NCBI GenBank assembly: GCA_001885315.1
Contig: MLPZ01000002.1
Coordinates: forward strand, 75,365 to 139,364
Direction: 5' to 3'
DNA: 64,000 bases
From: Treponema sp. CETP13
GTDB lineage: Bacteria > Spirochaetota > Spirochaetia > Treponematales > Treponemataceae
A program made the translations under genes and the position numbers. Of the stretch, positions 44,682 through 54,984 are shown piece after piece. Position 1 is the first letter of the stretch. Every line of letters begins with the position of its first letter. The notes under the pieces are model-generated. The model was not told the origin of the DNA, did not search any database, and saw only the letters and a list, made by a program, of their open reading frames with translations.

Positions 44682-46029
44682 TTACTTGTTTAATTCCTTA
44701 AGTTTTTTGAGTATGTGAATTGCCCATAAGAGGGTGATAATAGCAGCTGACCAGTTAATAAAAATAAGGCCGACCCAAATTCCCCGTTCTGCCATTTCAA
44801 AGGTAAAGCATAATAAGTAAAAAATGAGTGCGGGGGCTAAAATTTGTCGGTAGAGTCCCATCCACATAATTATTTTTGGTTTTTTTTAATCCTTGTAAAA
44901 GGGCGTTGCTCAAAAATAATAGCATATAACTATAGAAGGTAAATCCTTGAAGAAGAAGGTAGTCATATCCTATTTTTATGACGGCACTATTGTTGGTGAA
45001 TAAAGAAATTATTTCCCTTCCAAAAAATAATTCTGGAGGCAAGATAATTAGCATTACCAAGAGTCCTCCTAAAAGAGCCTTTTTATATGATGAGATAACA
45101 CGGTTTATTTTTTTAGCACCATTGTTTTGTCCAACAATTGCTGCAAGCACCATGTTAAGACCAGATGCCGGAATTAGACCTATTTGTTCGACTCGTATTG
45201 CAGCCCCGTATGCGGCAACTGCGTTCCTTCCAAAGGAGGAAGCAAACCAGGTAATAACAAAAGTTCCTAAACTCATTGTTAAAAAATTAGCCGAAGCAGG
45301 AGTTGCTTGTTCAACAATTTCTTTTATGTATTTTTTATTTGGCACATAATCTATAAAAGTAAGTTCTTTTAGTCCATGAGCTTTGTTTACTTTATATAAT
45401 AAATACAAAAGGCATAAGAATTGAATAAATACTGTTGCTAATGCTGTTCCTGCTTCATTTAGATGCAAGGTAATCATAAACAAAGGGTCTAATCCAATAT
45501 TTATAAGGCATCCAATTATGAGTATATTACGGTAACTGTGAGTATCCCCACGAGAAGCGAGCGCAGAAGACAAAATGGGAACTAAGCTTAAAATAGGCAT
45601 CCCAATTACAATAATTCGGCCGTAAGATATTGCACTAGTAAGAACATCTCCACTAGCATTAAGGAGTTTAAAAATTGGAGCAATAAAAAATAGAAGTAAT
45701 AATGAACCTCCGATTGATGATAGCAGAGATAATGTTATTGATTGACTTAAATATTTTCTAGATTCTCTGACCCTTTTTGCCCCAAGGGCATTTGCAATAA
45801 GAGCACCAGAAGCTGCAGAAAATCCAATCCCCATCGACATAACAAGCATGTATACCGGAAAGTTTAGTGATAAAGCTGCAAGCGCATCTGTAGAAAGTTT
45901 TCCAACCCAAAAAGTATCTACCAAGTTATAAAAGGTATTAAAAAAAAGCCCAATAGTAGTAGGAACCCCTAACCGGACTAGGTGTGTTGCAAGAGATCCT
46001 TGAGTCATATCTAAAGATTCATTCTGCAT
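44682..46029 (-). pseudogene. MATE family efflux transporter interrupted by a frameshift in an A8 (coding-strand) homopolymer at 44880-44887
   Basis: ORF 44797-46029 has a MATE N-terminus (..GVPTTIGLFFNTFYNLVDTFWVGKL..). ORF 44682-44867 encodes the missing C-terminal TMs. Removing one A gives ..GLKKPKIIMWMGLYRQIL.. in frame. Confidence 0.75.
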
Positions 46030-46093
46030 AGATTTTAATATACTACAAAATCCACTAAGTGATGTAAAAATTAATGAATCTTTTAATAATTAG

Positions 46094-46591
46094 CTAGTTC
46101 ATGATAGTGATTTCTACTCTTCTGTTTTTAGCTCTTCCTTCAGCTGTATCATTTGTCGCTATTGGTTTCAAAGCTCCGTAACCTACAACTGTTGTTTTAT
46201 CTTTTTTAATATCATGTAAAGAAATTAAATAATCTGCAATGTTTTGAGCTCGTTGTTCAGATAAAACTTGAACAAATTCCATATCCCCAAAAGTTGCGGT
46301 GTGGCCTTCGATTAAAATTTGGTGATCATCATAGTTTTTTAAAATAGCCCCTAGTTCATCAAGTTGGTTTGTAATATCAGGAGTCAATTCTGCGGATTCT
46401 GGACTAAACAAGAAGGCATTTGTTACAATTTTAACACCCTGTTCATCAATAGAGACATCAATCTCTGTTAAGTCACTTGTTTCAATTTCTTCTTGTAGTT
46501 CTTCGGCTATTACATCTGCACTTTTAGTAGCACAACTTGTAATCCCAATGACGAATAAAAATAGTAATGCAATTTTCAAAAATCTTTTCAT
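46094..46591 (-). CDS. OmpA-family lipoprotein
   Basis: Start taken at MKRFLKIALLFLFVIGITSC (lipobox) after aaaggag. C-terminal OmpA-like IEGHT...LSEQRAQ...GYGALKP...NRRVEITI. Confidence 0.8.
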   Translation of the reverse strand: MKRFLKIALLFLFVIGITSCATKSADVIAEELQEEIETSDLTEIDVSIDEQGVKIVTNAFLFSPESAELTPDITNQLDELGAILKNYDDHQILIEGHTATFGDMEFVQVLSEQRAQNIADYLISLHDIKKDKTTVVGYGALKPIATNDTAEGRAKNRRVEITIMN

Positions 46592-46760
46592 CTTCTTATC
46601 TCCTTTTAACGTTACTTTAAGTATTAGTGTCTTTTTGTATAAAAGCAAGCTATTATTCATAAATAAATGATATAAAATAAAAATTATATTGTGTTATACT
46701 ATTTCTTGTGATTAGTTGTAGATAAAGTACAAAAATTTTTTAAGAAGGAAGTACAGTAAC

Positions 46761-46976
46761 GTGCCAAATTTATGGACATTTGAAAATGCTGAAAAACTCA
46801 AACCTTTTATGGATATTCTTATAGGGAATGATATACCTTATGAAATACTTACAAAAAAAGGAGAGGTCAATAAAGAAAGTGGTTTAATTGTTTTTGTTGA
46901 AGATCATTATTATAAAAGAGCAAAAAAGGAACTTCTTCGGTATAGAAAACGAATAAGCAATCGGCATAATAGATAA
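46761..46976 (+). CDS. Small hypothetical protein (71 aa)
   Basis: GTG start after aaggaag. No confident family. Confidence 0.35.
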   Translation: MPNLWTFENAEKLKPFMDILIGNDIPYEILTKKGEVNKESGLIVFVEDHYYKRAKKELLRYRKRISNRHNR

Positions 46977-47003
46977 ACTAAAGAACATTTGCATATTATT
47001 TTA

Positions 47004-47045
47004 TTGACATAGTTTGTGTTGGAGTGTACTATGAAATTAGTACAC
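47004..47045 (+). promoter_or_regulatory. Candidate promoter (ttgaca-17 nt-tactat) with an overlapping palindromic operator GTGTACTA-N6-TAGTACAC
   Basis: Read directly. It lies just upstream of the GntR/YtrA-type regulator gene, as expected for autoregulation. Confidence 0.5.
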
Positions 47046-47071
47046 AGGCTTTGCATAGACAAGGAGTTTTT

Positions 47072-47467
47072 ATGATACATTTTAGTGATTCAGGCCCCAT
47101 ATATCTACAAATAGTGGAAGATTTTAAATTGCAACTTGCTAACGGAACTCTAAAATCTGGTGAAAAGCTTCCTTCTGGACGTGATTTGGCTATACAGATA
47201 AAAGTAAACCCAAATACTGTTGCTCGAGCGTATCAAGAGCTTGAGCGTCAAGGGATAACAGAAACTCGACGAGGTTTAGGAACCTTTATTGTCGAAAATA
47301 AAGATTTAGTACCTAAACTTCGAGAAGCTATGTCAATGAAAATAATAGACGATTTTTTAATGTATATGAAAGCAGCAGGTTTTTCTGCAGATGAGATACC
47401 TGCTCTAATAACAGAAGCATTGCGAAATAAATCTGATGAGTCACAAAAAAAAGTGGAGGAAAATTAA
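47072..47467 (+). CDS. GntR-family (YtrA-like) transcriptional regulator
   Basis: wHTH ..GEKLPSGRDLAIQIKVNPNTVARAYQELERQGITETRRGLGTFI... Start at ATG 47072 after aaggag. Confidence 0.85.
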   Translation: MIHFSDSGPIYLQIVEDFKLQLANGTLKSGEKLPSGRDLAIQIKVNPNTVARAYQELERQGITETRRGLGTFIVENKDLVPKLREAMSMKIIDDFLMYMKAAGFSADEIPALITEALRNKSDESQKKVEEN

Positions 47468-47468
47468 G

Positions 47469-48182
47469 GTGAAAGATACAAGTGTAATTCTTGAGGTTCG
47501 AAATGTGTCAAAATATTATGGTGCCAAAAAAGCACTAGCTGATGTTTCACTTAATTTACCAAAGGGGAAAATTTTAGGGCTAATGGGACCTAATGGGAGT
47601 GGAAAAACAACTTTAATAAAGACAATTGCAAATCTTTTATCTCCGAATGATGGCGAAATAGTAGTTTGTGGTAAAAAAGTTGGCTTTGCTACCAAATCGC
47701 TTGTTTCGTTTTTGCCAGATCGAAATATTTTACCTGCATGGATGAAGGCCAAAGATGCTATAGATTTTTATGCCGATTATTTTGCAGATTTTGATCGAAA
47801 TAAGGCTTCTCATATGCTTAATTTAATGAAGCTTAAACCGGAACAAAAGGTTACGGCGATGTCAAAAGGAATGGTAGAAAAATTAAATCTGACTCTTTGT
47901 TTTTCTCGTAATGCAAAATTGTTTTTACTTGATGAACCTCTTGGTGGTGTTGATCCTGTTGCACGAGAACGTATTGTTTCAACAATAGTGCAATCTTATA
48001 GTGAGGATTCTTCTATTATTGTTAGTACTCATCTTGTTCATGATATCGAAAATATGTTTGATAGTGTGTGCTTTATTGATGAAGGCAGCATTATTCTTAC
48101 AGGAGAAGCGGAACAATTGCGGATTGAGCGTGGTATGTCCATAGATCAATTATACATTAAAATCTTTGGTGAAAAATACTAG
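47469..48182 (+). CDS. ABC transporter ATP-binding protein
   Basis: Walker A GPNGSGKTT, signature-like MSKGMVEKL, Walker B LFLLDEP. GTG at 47469 after ggagga. Confidence 0.85.
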   Translation: MKDTSVILEVRNVSKYYGAKKALADVSLNLPKGKILGLMGPNGSGKTTLIKTIANLLSPNDGEIVVCGKKVGFATKSLVSFLPDRNILPAWMKAKDAIDFYADYFADFDRNKASHMLNLMKLKPEQKVTAMSKGMVEKLNLTLCFSRNAKLFLLDEPLGGVDPVARERIVSTIVQSYSEDSSIIVSTHLVHDIENMFDSVCFIDEGSIILTGEAEQLRIERGMSIDQLYIKIFGEKY

Positions 48183-48192
48183 GAGTGTAGTA

Positions 48193-49014
48193 ATGAAAAC
48201 AGTTTTACGACAAGAATGGCGAGCAAGTAAAAAACGCATTGGTATGACTTCAATAGTTATTGCTGGTATTATGTTATTTACAATCTTAGTGAATCTATTT
48301 AGTTATTATGCACAAGATATACATGTTTTTGGCTTTGGAAAACTTCTGTATATTATGTGTCTGATTATTGCTCCGTGGGGAATTTCCCTTTTTACCCTTA
48401 TAAAAGGAAGTGGAAATCTTCATTCGATTTTATTTAAAGATACGAATTATCTTGTTTTGACACTTCCTGTTCATAGTTGGGTTCTTATGGGTGGTAAAAT
48501 GCTCATGAATCTTTTTGAATATTTTATTTATGCCGTTCCTGCTGCAATATATCTTTCATTTCTTGGCCCCACAGGTGAATTTTTATTTTTTAGGAATACG
48601 ATTAATGGTTTTAATTTTAGTTTTAATTCTGGGGCAGAGGTAACGAATACCGGAACGTCTTATTGGTATAATGTTAAAATGATATACAAAACCGTATTAG
48701 AAAATTGGCAAAATATCTTACAAATTGGGCTTATATTAATCATCCTATTTATTGTTGTACAAATTTTTTTTAATATGGCATTTGCTGTTTATGGGACTTT
48801 TATTAAAACAAGAAAAAGACATATTTTTCTTATGGCTTTAATTGTGTTTTTAATATTTTTTATTCCTATACGGTGTTCTAGTGCCATGGTAATGTATTTA
48901 TCTTTAAATAATATTTTGCCAGAAACTTCTGCCTTTGTGGGCGTTATGCTTGCCTTCGCCTTTTTATATTTTGTTCTTACAAGTTGGCTTATCGAAAAAA
49001 AGATTGAAGTGTAA
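48193..49014 (+). CDS. ABC-2-type membrane protein (putative permease partner)
   Basis: Multi-TM ORF immediately downstream of the ATPase. Start at ATG 48193 after aggag. Confidence 0.5.
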   Translation: MKTVLRQEWRASKKRIGMTSIVIAGIMLFTILVNLFSYYAQDIHVFGFGKLLYIMCLIIAPWGISLFTLIKGSGNLHSILFKDTNYLVLTLPVHSWVLMGGKMLMNLFEYFIYAVPAAIYLSFLGPTGEFLFFRNTINGFNFSFNSGAEVTNTGTSYWYNVKMIYKTVLENWQNILQIGLILIILFIVVQIFFNMAFAVYGTFIKTRKRHIFLMALIVFLIFFIPIRCSSAMVMYLSLNNILPETSAFVGVMLAFAFLYFVLTSWLIEKKIEV

Positions 49015-49065
49015 GGGCGTTGACAAAAGTAAGCTGAGATGAAATACTAATAGGACATAAAAAAT

Positions 49066-49150
49066 ACAGGGGAGCTTGTGAACAAGCTGAGAGTAAGTTA
49101 GTAACTTAGACCCTTTTACCTGATTTGGATAATGCCAACGTAGGAAGTCA
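49066..49150 (+). promoter_or_regulatory. TPP (THI-box) riboswitch
   Basis: acaggggagcttgtgaacaagctgagagtaagtt...gacccttttacctgatttggataatgccaacgtaggaag contains the CUGAGA and ACCUGAU.UGGAUAAUGCCA.CG cores. Confidence 0.85.
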
Positions 49151-49168
49151 TTTAACTTGCTTATTTAT

Positions 49169-49200
49169 GGGAAATTCCTTTTGGGATTTCCTTTTTTTTT
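49169..49200 (+). terminator. Intrinsic terminator (riboswitch expression platform)
   Basis: Hairpin ggaaattcc-tttt-gggatttcc followed by T9. Confidence 0.75.
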
Positions 49201-49261
49201 GCGAAATTTCAAAAAACTTTTCTAGTACATTGTCCTTATCATTAAATTAACAGGAGGATGT

Positions 49262-50431
49262 ATGGAAAAAACAAAAACAGGTATTTTTTCAAATGGATTA
49301 ATCTGGTTTGGAGCCTCAATTTCTATTGCAGAAATTCTTACCGGGACTCTACTAGCGCCGCTGGGATTTACAAAGGGAATTCTTGCAATACTTCTTGGCC
49401 ATTTAATAGGTTGTTCGCTGATGTATTTTGCAGGCCTAATTGGTGCAAATACTGAGAAAAGTGCAATGGAAACGGTAAAAATTTCATTTGGTCAAAAAGG
49501 GGCGTTGGTTTTTGTTTTATTAAACATATTGCAACTTGTTGGCTGGACAGCTGTTATGATTTTTAGTGGAGCAGATGTTGCTAGTTCATTATTTAAAAAT
49601 GGTGGTACCTGGCTTTGGGCATTAATTATTGGTGCATTAATCGTTTTATGGATAATTGTTGGTATTAAAAATATAACAAAAATAAATATTGTTGCTGTTG
49701 GTGCTTTATTTGTACTAACACTTGTGATGAGCGTTGTAATTTTTCGGGGCAATGTACATTCAGTTGCAACAGAGGGGCTAAGTTTTGGTTGTGCAGTCGA
49801 ACTTTCAGTTGCAATGCCACTTTCTTGGTTACCACTTATTTCTGACTATACACGTTTTGCCAAAAAGAAAAACGCAGTAACTTTTGTTAGCTCTGCTGTC
49901 TATTTTATTGCTAGCAGTTGGATGTACTTAATTGGTATGGGGATTGCACTACTTACACACAAAAGTGATTTTGCACAAATTATGCTTTCAGCAGGACTTG
50001 GTGTTGCAGGGTTGTTGGTAATCATCTTATCGACTGTTACTACAACTTTTTTAGATGTTTATTCTGCTGGAGTAAGTTGTGTAAGTGTTTGTCGCAAAGT
50101 TCCAGAAAAAATAGCAGCTATTGTTGTCTGTCTTATAGGTCTTGTGCTAGCAATCTTTACGCCTGTAGGTGAATTTGAAAATTTTTTATATTTAATAGGC
50201 TCTGTTTTTGCTCCTATGACGGCAATTCTTATTACAGATTATTTTATTCTCAAAAAAGATACCTCTAATCTAAAATTTAATTGGGTAAATCTTATTATTT
50301 GGCTTGGTGGTTTTATTGTATATCGTTTGTTTATGAACATAGATACTCCAGTAGGGTATACTCTTCCTGTAATGATTATAACAGCAATAATATGCATTCT
50401 AATACATAAAATAGTAGTAAAAAATAACTAA
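49262..50431 (+). CDS. cytX: NCS1/cytosine-permease-like transporter, probable hydroxymethylpyrimidine transporter CytX
   Basis: About 12 TM, 389 aa. First gene after the TPP riboswitch, followed by thiM-thiE-thiD. Confidence 0.6.
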   Translation: MEKTKTGIFSNGLIWFGASISIAEILTGTLLAPLGFTKGILAILLGHLIGCSLMYFAGLIGANTEKSAMETVKISFGQKGALVFVLLNILQLVGWTAVMIFSGADVASSLFKNGGTWLWALIIGALIVLWIIVGIKNITKINIVAVGALFVLTLVMSVVIFRGNVHSVATEGLSFGCAVELSVAMPLSWLPLISDYTRFAKKKNAVTFVSSAVYFIASSWMYLIGMGIALLTHKSDFAQIMLSAGLGVAGLLVIILSTVTTTFLDVYSAGVSCVSVCRKVPEKIAAIVVCLIGLVLAIFTPVGEFENFLYLIGSVFAPMTAILITDYFILKKDTSNLKFNWVNLIIWLGGFIVYRLFMNIDTPVGYTLPVMIITAIICILIHKIVVKNN

Positions 50432-50443
50432 AGGACTGAAAAA

Positions 50444-51265
50444 ATGCTAAAAGAACAACTTTTAAATGTACAAAAAAAATCACCTCTTATTCACAATATA
50501 ACAAATTATGTAACGGTAAACGATTGCGCAAATGTTCTATTAGCTTGTGGCGGATCTCCTATTATGGCTGATGATATAGAAGAAGTCGAAGAGATTACGA
50601 GTATTTGTGGTGGTCTAAACATAAATATTGGTACTCTTAATCAAAATACAATAAAATCTATGCTTGTAGCGGGCAAAAAAGCAAATCAACTTTCTCATCC
50701 TATTATTTTAGACCCTGTCGGAGCTGGCGCATCTGCTTTACGGACAGAAACGGCTCTTTCTCTTTTAGAAAAGGTACAATTTACGGTTATTCGTGGAAAC
50801 ATTTCTGAAATAAAAACTCTTGCTCTTGGTTTCGGAATGACTAAGGGGGTTGATGCAGATGCTGCCGATGCGATTACTAGCGATAACCTTGATGATGTTA
50901 TTATAATGGCTAAAAAATTTGCTCAAAAAACAGGTGCAGTTATTGCGATTACTGGAACAATCGATATCGTAACAGATGGTAAAAAAACATTTATAATTAA
51001 AAATGGTCATCCTATGATGAGTAAAATTACTGGGACGGGGTGTATGCTTACAGCAATGATAAGTGCCTATGTGGTTGCAAATCCCTCATCTCTTGTAGAG
51101 GCAGTAGCAGCTTCTATTTGCGCTATGGGGTTGAGTGGTGAAATAGCCTTTTCTCGCTTGTCAGAAAAAGATGGGACTGCTTCTTTTCGTATGTATCTTA
51201 TTGATGCAATTTCAAATTTAACTCCGAGTGTTCTTGAAAAAGGAGCTAAGTATGAAATACGATAG
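50444..51265 (+). CDS. thiM: Hydroxyethylthiazole kinase
   Basis: ..PLIHNITNYVTVNDCANVLLACGGSPIMA.. and ..ITGTGCML.. are typical of ThiM. Confidence 0.9.
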   Translation: MLKEQLLNVQKKSPLIHNITNYVTVNDCANVLLACGGSPIMADDIEEVEEITSICGGLNINIGTLNQNTIKSMLVAGKKANQLSHPIILDPVGAGASALRTETALSLLEKVQFTVIRGNISEIKTLALGFGMTKGVDADAADAITSDNLDDVIIMAKKFAQKTGAVIAITGTIDIVTDGKKTFIIKNGHPMMSKITGTGCMLTAMISAYVVANPSSLVEAVAASICAMGLSGEIAFSRLSEKDGTASFRMYLIDAISNLTPSVLEKGAKYEIR

Positions 51266-51893
51266 CAACTATTTGCGTTTATATGCGGTAACGGATAGGA
51301 CATGGCTTGGAGAAAAAACTCTTGCAATGCAAGTAGAAGAGGCTCTTAAAGGGGGAGCAACTTGTATTCAGCTTCGTGAAAAAAAATTAAAGGAAGATGT
51401 GTTTTTACAAGAAGCCTTTACTATAAAAGCGTTGTGTAAAAGATATTCTGTGCCATTTATCATAAATGATAATGTGGATATTGCTATAAAATGCAATGCG
51501 GATGGAATTCATGTTGGGCAATCGGATTTAGAGGCTTCGCTGGTTCGTGAAAAGATAGGCCCCAAAATGTTACTTGGGGTGTCAGCACATACAGTACAAC
51601 AAGCGAAGAGAGCTGAAGAATGCGGAGCTGATTATCTCGGAGTGGGGGCTGTTTTTTCAACGTCTACAAAACTGGATGCTAATGCCGTGAGTCATGAGGA
51701 TTTAAAATCAATATGTGATGCTGTATCAATACCTGTTGTCGCAATTGGTGGAATTAATAAAAACAATATCATGGAGCTTGCAGGTAGTGGCATAGCGGGA
51801 GTTTCTGTTGTTTCAGCAATTTTTGCATCGGCTGAAATAGAAAAGGATTGTAAAAAACTTCTCTTGTTAACAGACAAGATGCTAAAAGTATAA
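51252..51893 (+). CDS. thiE: Thiamine-phosphate synthase
   Basis: ..LYAVTDR.., ..IQLREK.., ..INDNVDIA...DGIHVGQSD.., ..GVGAVFST.TK.. and ..VAIGGI... Start at ATG 51252, overlapping the thiM end. Confidence 0.9.
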   Translation: MKYDSNYLRLYAVTDRTWLGEKTLAMQVEEALKGGATCIQLREKKLKEDVFLQEAFTIKALCKRYSVPFIINDNVDIAIKCNADGIHVGQSDLEASLVREKIGPKMLLGVSAHTVQQAKRAEECGADYLGVGAVFSTSTKLDANAVSHEDLKSICDAVSIPVVAIGGINKNNIMELAGSGIAGVSVVSAIFASAEIEKDCKKLLLLTDKMLKV

Positions 51894-51906
51894 AAATGGA
51901 AGTAAT

Positions 51907-52581
51907 ATGCAGATAAAAGGTATAATTTTTGATTTAGATGGAACTCTTTTAGATTCTATGCCAATTTGGGAAACTCTTGGTGGAGACTATTTGGTGCAAA
52001 AAGGAATAGTACCCGAAATAGGGATAAATGAGAAATTCAAAACGCTTACTACTTACGATGCGGCAAAATATTATAAAACTCATTATGGTCTAAAAGAATC
52101 TGTAAAAACAATTTTAGAAGAAATAAACAAACATGTTGAATATCAATATTTGCATGTTTTTTTATTAAAAAAGTCTGTGCATGAATTTTTAAAAAAGATG
52201 GTTTCTAATAAAATAAAACTTTGTGTAGCAACTGCGTCCGAGCGATATATTGTAGAGGCTGCCTTAAAACGAAATGGTGTTTTTAAGTATTTTGATAGTA
52301 TTTTAACCTGTACTGAAGTAGGATATGCAAAAACTGAGCCTGCTATTTTTAATGAAGCTTTAAAACAGTTGGGAACTAAAAAAACTGAAACGCTTATATT
52401 TGAAGATGCTTTACATGCAATACAGACTGCAAAACTAGCAGGTTTTACTGTTGTCGGGATTGAGGATAAATCGGCTGAGAGCGAAAAAAATAAAATTCAA
52501 AAATTGACAGATTATTACATTAAGTCAAATGAATCTTGGAGTGAATGGTATGATAAAAATTTTAACAATTGCGGGTTCTGA
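51907..52581 (+). CDS. HAD-superfamily (IA) hydrolase within the thiamine operon
   Basis: Motif I IIFDLDGTLLDS and a later ..FEDALHAIQTAKLAGF... Confidence 0.7.
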   Translation: MQIKGIIFDLDGTLLDSMPIWETLGGDYLVQKGIVPEIGINEKFKTLTTYDAAKYYKTHYGLKESVKTILEEINKHVEYQYLHVFLLKKSVHEFLKKMVSNKIKLCVATASERYIVEAALKRNGVFKYFDSILTCTEVGYAKTEPAIFNEALKQLGTKKTETLIFEDALHAIQTAKLAGFTVVGIEDKSAESEKNKIQKLTDYYIKSNESWSEWYDKNFNNCGF

Positions 52582-53329
52582 TTGTAGTGGTGGAGCTGGT
52601 ATTCAAGCTGATATAAAAACCATAACTGCACATAAAATGTATGCCATGAGTGTAATAACTGCACTGACTGCACAAAATACAACAGGTGTTTTTGATGTTG
52701 TAGAAATGAAACCTGAATTTGTTGCAAAACAGATTGATTGTATTTTTAAAGACATTCGACCTGATGCGGTAAAAATAGGTATGGTTTCAAACGCGGAAAT
52801 TATTTCTGTAATAGCACAAAAACTCAAAGAGTATGATGTAAAAAACATTGTTGTAGATCCTGTTATGGTTGCAACAAGTGGTAGTAAACTAATTTGTGAC
52901 GAAGCAATTCAGTCTCTTATTAGTAAGCTTTTGCCCATTGCAGATGTTATAACTCCTAATATACCAGAAGCAGAAGAATTGTGTGGTTTTTCAATAAAAA
53001 ACGAAAAAGACATGATAAAAGCTGGAAAAGTTATTTCTCAAAAAATAAATAGTGCGGTTTTGGTAAAAGGAGGGCATTTAGTAAATGATGCAATTGATTT
53101 GCTATATGAAAATGATAAACATTATTGGTATAAGTCAGAGAGAATAAACAATACCAATACACATGGAACAGGTTGTACGCTTTCTTCTGCAATAGCTTGC
53201 AATTTAGGTTCTGGGAAAGTACTTACTGAAAGTATAAAAAATGCAAAAAAGTATTTAACAGGCGCTTTACAAGCTCAACTAAACTTAGGAAAGGGGAGTG
53301 GTCCTTTAAACCATATGTATTTGTTATAA
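52550..53329 (+). CDS. thiD: Hydroxymethylpyrimidine / phosphomethylpyrimidine kinase
   Basis: ..ILTIAGSDCSGGAGIQADIKT.., ..DPVMVATSG.. and ..NTHGTGCTLSSAIA... Start at ATG 52550. Confidence 0.9.
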   Translation: MIKILTIAGSDCSGGAGIQADIKTITAHKMYAMSVITALTAQNTTGVFDVVEMKPEFVAKQIDCIFKDIRPDAVKIGMVSNAEIISVIAQKLKEYDVKNIVVDPVMVATSGSKLICDEAIQSLISKLLPIADVITPNIPEAEELCGFSIKNEKDMIKAGKVISQKINSAVLVKGGHLVNDAIDLLYENDKHYWYKSERINNTNTHGTGCTLSSAIACNLGSGKVLTESIKNAKKYLTGALQAQLNLGKGSGPLNHMYLL

Positions 53330-53349
53330 GCCCTTAAAACCTATATAAT

Positions 53350-54297
53350 TTATAGTAAATCGTAATTTGCTTCGAGCATTCGCAATTGCTGGTAAAAAAC
53401 TTTGTTTACTGGTGTTTGTATGGAGTGCTTTTCACCAAGTTCAACAACAGTTTGGGCAAATAGTTCTACTTCTGTTTTGCGACCGGCACATACATCTTGG
53501 CACATTGATGTTTTCCCAGCTGGCGAAATGCTATCAAGTGTTTTTAACCAGTTTGTTATGTCATCTTCGTTTAAATTTACCCCTTCTGGTGCTGAGACTG
53601 CCATTGCTTCACGCATTGCAGAGAGCATAAGGTTACGTGCGGGGCTATTTTTTTGTTGGAATGGTTTATAAGGCATTTTGAGTATTGCTGAACTTTGATT
53701 AATGCCAACATTACACATAAATTTGTACCAAAGGGTTCGTTTCATGTTTTGTGGAATAGTATAACTAATTCCTGTTCGATCAAAAAAGTCCGCAATAAGT
53801 TGAACTCGTTTGCTATATGTATCATTGGTTGCATCACCAAAAAAAATACTTCCAGAATTTTGATAAGTTGTTTCGGTGCCGTGGTGGCCAGCATCTGTCC
53901 CAATAATCATTGCAAGTGGCGTTCTTTCTTGTCCATAACGTTCCCTAATTGTTTGTTCACTTGTAATTCCGTTTAACAATGAAAGTATAAGAGTGTTCTT
54001 ACCTACAAAGTTTGCCATGTCATCTAAAATTGTTATAAGATGATGATTTTTACACGCAACAATAATAAGGTCTGGAATCCAGGTTAAAGAATCTTCTTTT
54101 TTTTTGGAGTCGGCATCTGCAAACTTTACTTGTAGCTTTTTTCCATTTACATAAAGGCCTTTTTCTCTGTAACGCTCAAGACGTTCTCCTCGAGCAAGTA
54201 TGCGTAAGTCAGCTTTCTGGCTTTCTAAAATTGTATTTGCAACAGTAAGGCCAATAGATCCGGCCCCTGCAATTAAAACTCGTTCAATCTTTTCCAT
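53350..54297 (-). CDS. panE: 2-dehydropantoate 2-reductase (ApbA/PanE family)
   Basis: N-terminal Rossmann LIAGAGSIGL, ..VACKNHHL.., and C-terminal ..SMCQDVCAGRKTEVE.. (the SM.QD...GR.TE motif). Confidence 0.7.
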   Translation of the reverse strand: MEKIERVLIAGAGSIGLTVANTILESQKADLRILARGERLERYREKGLYVNGKKLQVKFADADSKKKEDSLTWIPDLIIVACKNHHLITILDDMANFVGKNTLILSLLNGITSEQTIRERYGQERTPLAMIIGTDAGHHGTETTYQNSGSIFFGDATNDTYSKRVQLIADFFDRTGISYTIPQNMKRTLWYKFMCNVGINQSSAILKMPYKPFQQKNSPARNLMLSAMREAMAVSAPEGVNLNEDDITNWLKTLDSISPAGKTSMCQDVCAGRKTEVELFAQTVVELGEKHSIQTPVNKVFYQQLRMLEANYDLL

Positions 54298-54373
54298 TTC
54301 TCTATATTAATATAAATTTAATTTGCATTCAACTCTCCTTGCACCTGTTTTCGCTTTCTTATATTATTATAGT

Positions 54374-54889
54374 ATGAATATAACTTTTATTATCCGGGTA
54401 ATTAGCTATGCTATTGGAGTTCTTCTTCTTGCAAGTTTTCCTGTTCGAACTAAACGCTTAAAGCTAGAAGCCGGTGAATGTCTATTACCCTTAAAACGTA
54501 GTACTAGCAAAATGTATATTGTTGCTATTTTATTATGCTTTGCGGTTATCTTTATTTTACGGTTTCGTGATTTTCAATTATATATCACTGTTATCATGGA
54601 TTTAGCCTGTGTTCTTGGTATTAACTTAGCCGTACGAGAAACAGTTAATAGAAGTGCTAGTGGTGTATACGAAAATGCACTTGTTACTGAAGGAGATCTT
54701 TTTTATCGAAAAAATATTATTGCTATTCCTGAGATTACAAACGAAAAAGATGACGACGATTCTACTTCAGAAAGTTCGTATGAGAATACGTTAAAAATAG
54801 TTACTCAAAAAGCTGGTGAAACTTGGATAGCATTCGATACAGCAGAAGAAAAACGAGCAGCATTACTGATTCTTAAGGATTGGGTATAG
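54374..54889 (+). CDS. Hypothetical membrane protein
   Basis: ORF with about 3 TM helices followed by an acidic C-terminal region. Start chosen at the first ATG (54374). Confidence 0.4.
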   Translation: MNITFIIRVISYAIGVLLLASFPVRTKRLKLEAGECLLPLKRSTSKMYIVAILLCFAVIFILRFRDFQLYITVIMDLACVLGINLAVRETVNRSASGVYENALVTEGDLFYRKNIIAIPEITNEKDDDDSTSESSYENTLKIVTQKAGETWIAFDTAEEKRAALLILKDWV

Positions 54890-54984
54890 CAAAAAAAAGG
54901 TTATCTTGCATGCAAGATAACCCATCTATAATAATCAGGGTACCGCTTTGCGAAGGATAAAAATCCACATACCCTAGTAAAAAA

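Noticed and set aside
44682-44867. 61-aa ORF as an independent small membrane protein
   Set aside because: It is the C-terminal continuation of the frameshifted MATE gene (see the A8 tract).
49258-49455. 65-aa ORF overlapping the cytX start in another frame
   Set aside because: The cytX frame gives a continuous 12-TM permease, while the alternative frame has no features.
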